DNA of 64,000 bases from an uncultured Candidatus Saccharibacteria bacterium (GTDB lineage Bacteria; Patescibacteriota; Minisyncoccia; Phycocordibacterales; UBA9973). Positions 59,444-64,000 of this stretch are shown here, piece by piece. The notes under the pieces were generated by a model, which worked only from the letters and a program-made list of their open reading frames with translations, was not told the DNA's origin and did not search any database. The DNA is taken from contig CAZBZO010000002.1 of NCBI GenBank assembly GCA_964496425.1, positions 66,450 to 130,449 on the forward strand. The letters run 5' to 3'. The position numbers were made by a program, and so were the translations under genes. Positions within the stretch are counted from its first letter, which is position 1. The number at the start of each line of letters is the position of its first letter.

Positions 59444-60808
59444 TTACTTAAGTGCGTCAATCGCTGTTTGAATTCTTTTTTTGCTCTCGGTAATCCCCAA
59501 AATTTCCATAAGCATAAACGGATCAGGAGATTTTTCGCGACCAGAAAGAGCATAGCGAAGTGGCCAAAGCACTTCTCCCCTCCCTGACTCCTCGGCATAG
59601 GGCCAGAGCAGATTGCGTACCTCATCTGATGAAAGGTTGTTACTCTGATCATGTATGAGGGAAAGTATTTTTTGTAAATGAATTTTAGTTTTTTCAATGC
59701 CATTTTCCGTATCTTTTAGAGATTTCCAAAGTAAATCTATAGCGGGGTATGTGTCAGATGATTGAAAAAAATAGCGCAACTCCCCTGCCCTAGCCATTTC
59801 AGCCACATCGCCAAGAGTTAGTATCCGGTCTTTAATAATTGGCACAATTTTTTGGAATGCTTCTTTAGTAAAACTAGGAAGATTTTTTATTTCGTCTGGC
59901 AACCATTCAAATATCATTTCACTGCAGTCGGCCTCTGGCAATAATTTTATATGTTCTTTATTAAACCATTTTAGTTTTTCTTCATTGAATACGGCTGGAC
60001 TTTTTTGCACCTTAGATAATTCAAAAGAAGCGATCAGCTCATCGTGGCTAAATATTTCCTGCTCTGTGCCAGGATTCCAGCCGATGAAGGCAACACCATT
60101 TAATATTGCTTGCGGAAGAAACCCCTTATCTCGATAGGAAGTAAGTGCTTGAGCGCCACGACGTTTGGAGAGCTTAAGCTTGTCTGGTCCTAAAACGAGT
60201 GGTAAATGAGCATAGATTGGCGTTGGGGCACCAAGAGCACGTTGAATCAAGATCTGCCGCGGAGTATTTGATGTATGATCTTCTCCGCGAATGACATGAG
60301 TTACTCCGGCTAAAAAATCATCCACAACAACAGCAAAGTGAAACAGGGGCTCTTGTAGATTCTTAGCTAAAACGAAATCGCCGAGATCCGTGGTGTTCAT
60401 GGTGACGTCCCCTTTTACCTCATCTTTAAACGTTATATCAATATTAGGATTTCGAAACCTGACAAGTTCTTTCATTGTTCCGCTCCCATCTTTTGCCTCT
60501 TCCTTTGACAGATACGCTGTGCCTTCCGCAATCATTTTTTCTAGATACGACTGATGCGTACTTACATGTTCTGACTGGCGATAAAATTTGTCATGCGTGA
60601 GCCCGAGCCAGGTAAGACTTTCGAGGATATTTTCTTCATATTCTTTTTTGCTTCGTTCACGATCGGTATCTTCAATACGAAGAACAAACGTCCCTCCGTT
60701 TTTTTTGGCATATAAATACGAAAAAATTGCCGTTCGGTACGTACCGATATGGAGAAGTCCAGTCGGACTCGGGGCAAAACGTGTGATTACTTTTTGTGGC
60801 TCATTCAT
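59444..60808 (-). CDS. gltX: glutamyl-tRNA synthetase (probably non-discriminating, given gatB)
   Basis: TRFAPSPTGLLHIG HIGH region and KLSKR (KMSKS). Start re-set to ATG (MNEPQKV), because the track start is a TTG overlapping murG. Confidence 0.9.
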   Translation of the reverse strand: MNEPQKVITRFAPSPTGLLHIGTYRTAIFSYLYAKKNGGTFVLRIEDTDRERSKKEYEENILESLTWLGLTHDKFYRQSEHVSTHQSYLEKMIAEGTAYLSKEEAKDGSGTMKELVRFRNPNIDITFKDEVKGDVTMNTTDLGDFVLAKNLQEPLFHFAVVVDDFLAGVTHVIRGEDHTSNTPRQILIQRALGAPTPIYAHLPLVLGPDKLKLSKRRGAQALTSYRDKGFLPQAILNGVAFIGWNPGTEQEIFSHDELIASFELSKVQKSPAVFNEEKLKWFNKEHIKLLPEADCSEMIFEWLPDEIKNLPSFTKEAFQKIVPIIKDRILTLGDVAEMARAGELRYFFQSSDTYPAIDLLWKSLKDTENGIEKTKIHLQKILSLIHDQSNNLSSDEVRNLLWPYAEESGRGEVLWPLRYALSGREKSPDPFMLMEILGITESKKRIQTAIDALK

Positions 60809-60812
60809 ATTT

Positions 60813-61937
60813 CTAATCGTGCGATAGCGCAATCTTAATAAGCTCTTCTGCGATATTCATTGCAGCATCACCACCAGAAAATGTAAGTGCTGCCTCACTC
60901 ATTGCTGTATGCTTTACAGGATTTTCAATTATCTTATCGATTTCTGATGAAAGAATATGGGCTGTGAGATTATTTTCTTCTATCACAATACACGCTCCCG
61001 CTCGCGCATAATTGAATGCATTCTTGAGTTGATGGCTGCCATTTGATGAAGTAATTGGGATGATAAGAGATGGAACTCCCCATGAAGCTATTTCAAATAT
61101 AGTTGATCCAGCGCGAGAAATCACAAGCGAAGCTGCGCCGGCAGCCATTTTAAGCTCGAGCTCGTTTAAAAATCCGTACTGTCGATAACGGTTTGTATGC
61201 TGGCTTTTTTCAAGCACAAGCCCGGCCCGCTCCGATACTTCTTTCATATTTTTAATACCAACTTGATGTATGACTTGATAGCGTTCAAGAAGCTCTGGGA
61301 GGGTGTCTAAGACAACATTGTTGATAATTTCAGCCCCAAGCGAGCCGCCGATAACCACAAGCACTGGGAGCGAAGCGTCAAATTGGAAAAATTCTGATAC
61401 ACCTTCCTTGATCCCCTTTCTGATAGCCATTCGTATTGGTTGGCCTGTCAATGCTATTTTTTCTTTTGGAAAAAAGGCTCCTGCTTCGGCATACGAAAGG
61501 GCGATTCGCACAGCAAATTTTGCACTCCATGCATTTACTCGCCCGGGATGAGAATCAGATTCGTGAATAAAAACAGGTATACGTAGAATACGCGCTGCAC
61601 AGACGACAGGAAACGAAGCATAACCACCCTTGCTGAAGACAACATCGGGATAAATGCGAAAAAGAGTGAGGAGAGCACCAATCGTGCCAAAAAATATTTT
61701 GAATAAATCAAAAAAGTTCGCAACTGAAGCGTAGAGGCGACGCTTTCCGGAAGAGACATATATAAACGTGACGTTGTTTTCAAACAGTGCCTTCTTGTCG
61801 TACGCTGCATTTGAAAGATAAAACAACTTTGCTCCAATAATCTTTTCGCGATCAACGATTTGATTGACTCTCTCAGCAACGGCGATAATAGGATAGAAAT
61901 GTCCACCCGTGCCTCCCCCTGTAAATACGATTCTCAT
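60813..61937 (-). CDS. murG: UDP-GlcNAc:lipid I GlcNAc transferase MurG
   Basis: MRIVFTGGGTGGHFYPIIAV N-terminal G-loop. GT28 fold, 374 aa. Confidence 0.9.
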   Translation of the reverse strand: MRIVFTGGGTGGHFYPIIAVAERVNQIVDREKIIGAKLFYLSNAAYDKKALFENNVTFIYVSSGKRRLYASVANFFDLFKIFFGTIGALLTLFRIYPDVVFSKGGYASFPVVCAARILRIPVFIHESDSHPGRVNAWSAKFAVRIALSYAEAGAFFPKEKIALTGQPIRMAIRKGIKEGVSEFFQFDASLPVLVVIGGSLGAEIINNVVLDTLPELLERYQVIHQVGIKNMKEVSERAGLVLEKSQHTNRYRQYGFLNELELKMAAGAASLVISRAGSTIFEIASWGVPSLIIPITSSNGSHQLKNAFNYARAGACIVIEENNLTAHILSSEIDKIIENPVKHTAMSEAALTFSGGDAAMNIAEELIKIALSHD

Positions 61938-61984
61938 AAAAGGAAATTAATTTAGGATTAAAAAGTGGGATGATATTCGACGTA

Positions 61985-63094
61985 TTAAGCTTTTGTCGTT
62001 CGCTCGTGTTTTGAAATATGCAAGACGATGCCAACAGCTGCAAGTGAAATAAGAAGTGAAGTACCTCCGTGGCTGACAAAAACGAGCGGTACTCCGGTGA
62101 GTGGAAAGACTCCAATAATTGCTGCAATATTCAAAAATGACTGCGTAACAATCAGTATAACAATTCCCGTAACCAAAAGTCTACTGAAGGCATCGGGGGC
62201 ACGATACGCGATTCGAAGCCCTCGTAAACCAAATGCGACAAACAAAAGGACTAAGATTGATGCTCCGACAAACCCGAATTCTTCTCCAACAACTGCGAAA
62301 ATCGAATCCCCTTGCGGCTCTGGCAGGTAGCTAAATTTTTGTATGCTCTGGCCGAATCCACGTCCAAATACTCCACCGGAACCAACAGCGATTAATGATT
62401 GCTGAAGCTGATACGAAGACCCTTGCGGATCATGCGTTGGATTTAAAAATGTATGTACCCGATCACGTACATATGGCACAAAAAATGTCAGGCTTAAGAA
62501 GCCCACCACACAGACAATAAATAATCCAATAAGATACTTCCATGGCAATCCACTAATAAATAGCAGCACAAGTCCGGTTGTAAACATCAAAATCAAACTT
62601 TTTGTATCAGGCTGCTTTAGGAGTACGACAATCATCACAAGCATAAGTCCCAAAAGCGGTAGGGCCGAAAGCTTCATATCTTTAAATTTATGTTTGACCC
62701 AGGAAAGCCAGGCCGCAAGGTACATGATGAAAGCAAATTTGAGACATTCTACTGGCTGGAGCGATACTGGGCCAAGGGCTAGCCATCGTCGAGCGCCGCC
62801 ATGTGAAAATCCGAGACTTGGTACAAACACAAGCATCGTAAGTAAAAGTGCGCCAATAAAAAAATAAAATGCATACGACCGCCAAAAAAGATACGGAATC
62901 TTTGAAGTAATAAGCATGGCGATACAGCCTCCAATGAGTCCTAGTACCAGTTGATTGAAAAGAACACCAAAAAATTCGTTTTCGTTTTTTGCAAGCACGC
63001 CAAAAGATGCCGAGATAAACATAAAAATACCAGTTACGACGATAGCGATGACAATGCCGAGAAAAAAAGTATCGCTGTGGGTATTTTTAACCAT
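61985..63094 (-). CDS. ftsW: SEDS-family peptidoglycan glycosyltransferase (FtsW/RodA)
   Basis: 10-TM SEDS topology with conserved PEPQ/DSIFAV region. Sits between mraY and murG as in dcw clusters. Confidence 0.8.
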   Translation of the reverse strand: MVKNTHSDTFFLGIVIAIVVTGIFMFISASFGVLAKNENEFFGVLFNQLVLGLIGGCIAMLITSKIPYLFWRSYAFYFFIGALLLTMLVFVPSLGFSHGGARRWLALGPVSLQPVECLKFAFIMYLAAWLSWVKHKFKDMKLSALPLLGLMLVMIVVLLKQPDTKSLILMFTTGLVLLFISGLPWKYLIGLFIVCVVGFLSLTFFVPYVRDRVHTFLNPTHDPQGSSYQLQQSLIAVGSGGVFGRGFGQSIQKFSYLPEPQGDSIFAVVGEEFGFVGASILVLLFVAFGLRGLRIAYRAPDAFSRLLVTGIVILIVTQSFLNIAAIIGVFPLTGVPLVFVSHGGTSLLISLAAVGIVLHISKHERTTKA

Positions 63095-63097
63095 AGC

Positions 63098-64000
63098 TTA
63101 TATGAAAACTAAAATAATGCCGACGACTGCGCAAAAAACGGAAATAATCCAATACCGCATAGTGACTTTGTAGTTGGGCCAGCCGATGGCCTGAAAATGA
63201 TTGTGAAGTGGTGAGACAAGAAAAACTTTTTTTCCATTACGCCATCGTTTGGATAAAAGCTGGATAACGACTGAGAGACTGGTGACAATGAGCGGCAAGG
63301 CGATAATGACAAGTACTCCGACTTGTCCAGTCAGGAATGCCACGACGACGAGTGTTGTGGTAAGGCCCATCGTCCCGGTTTCCGAAAGAAAAAATCGTGC
63401 CGGTGGAATATTAAACCACAAAAATGCCAGGAGACCCCCGACAATGACCATGCAAAAAGCTGCGAGGTCGACTTGATTGTTATAAAATGCAATCAATGCA
63501 TACGAAGAGTACATGACAGTAAATATTCCTCCTGCGAGTCCATCCACACCATCAATAATACCGCCTGAGTACATACCCACCATGAAAATAACAAAAATTG
63601 GAATGAAAAAAATTCCGAGTGGAAGTGTGCCAAAAAACGGAATAATGATTGCGCTCATGTCGAGCTTGATGTAGAACCACCAGGCGCACATGATTGCGAC
63701 AAGTCCGATAACCAGCAAGCGTTTTGATAGTGACAACCCCCCGCCGATATGAGTGCCGCGATCATTGCATACCAAGTAATCATCAAAAAGTCCGATAAGC
63801 GAAGTGAATAAAAGCACAGCGAGTGGCAAGAGAGTTTGGTTACGAGAAAGAAAACTTATTTTTTCAGTAAGTTCGCTTGGGAAAAAAAGAGAAAATGTCG
63901 CCACGCCAATCGTAGTCACGAGTACGCTTCCCCATACCACGATACCCCCCATGCGAGGAGTTTTCCGCTCCTCGTCATTGTGGATTTTCTGAGAATACGG
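63098..64000 (-). CDS. mraY: phospho-N-acetylmuramoyl-pentapeptide transferase MraY (5' end beyond window)
   Basis: GGIIDGVDGLAGG matches the DGLDGLA motif. The frame stays open upstream of the first Met to the window edge (ERKTPRMGG matches the conserved KRGTPTMGG). Confidence 0.8.
   Translation of the reverse strand, partial: PYSQKIHNDEERKTPRMGGIVVWGSVLVTTIGVATFSLFFPSELTEKISFLSRNQTLLPLAVLLFTSLIGLFDDYLVCNDRGTHIGGGLSLSKRLLVIGLVAIMCAWWFYIKLDMSAIIIPFFGTLPLGIFFIPIFVIFMVGMYSGGIIDGVDGLAGGIFTVMYSSYALIAFYNNQVDLAAFCMVIVGGLLAFLWFNIPPARFFLSETGTMGLTTTLVVVAFLTGQVGVLVIIALPLIVTSLSVVIQLLSKRWRNGKKVFLVSPLHNHFQAIGWPNYKVTMRYWIISVFCAVVGIILVFI

Overview
The window reads as a gene-dense chromosomal segment (about 90% coding) from a small-genome bacterium. 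Its gene content suggests a CPR/Patescibacteria-like organism; this is inference from a split transketolase, a PriA with degenerate ATPase motifs, gatB plus gltX, many tiny membrane proteins, cohesin/dockerin surface proteins and SD-poor starts. Core housekeeping genes here: ftsA-ftsZ, mraY-ftsW-murG (partial dcw cluster), mreB, priA, holB-like, frr, rseP, typA, gatB, gap, a non-oxidative pentose-phosphate cluster (rpiB, rpe-like, tktN, tktC), pfkB kinase, prs, metK, rsmI, ctp, ribosomal proteins (S21, L25, L31, L9, L27), prfA, an RRM RNA-binding protein, gltX and a complete F1Fo ATP synthase operon. Three tRNAs are present: Ser-CGA, Glu-TTC and Ile-GAT. No rRNA, CRISPR array, transposase or integrase was seen. 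Conserved genes run at roughly 45-52% GC and are interleaved with markedly AT-rich (about 30% GC) small ORFs. Most of these encode single-pass membrane proteins with paired cysteines; several sit inside otherwise conserved operons (four inside the ATP synthase operon, one between the two transketolase halves). Other notable items: a dockerin-cohesin-cohesin surface module at the 5' end, a tandem array of six small Cys membrane peptides, an N-terminal sigma-70 region-4 / C-terminal HARE-HTH fusion regulator, two candidate structured RNAs around tRNA-Ile, short duplications of tRNA ends next to tRNA-Ser and tRNA-Ile, and a perfect 42-nt palindrome between ftsA and ftsZ. The ORF track extends many starts to upstream TTG/GTG codons. 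Where a conserved N-terminus or an upstream stop made it clear, starts were re-set to the internal ATG. Coordinates of non-ORF features come from manual counting and may be off by 1-2 nt.
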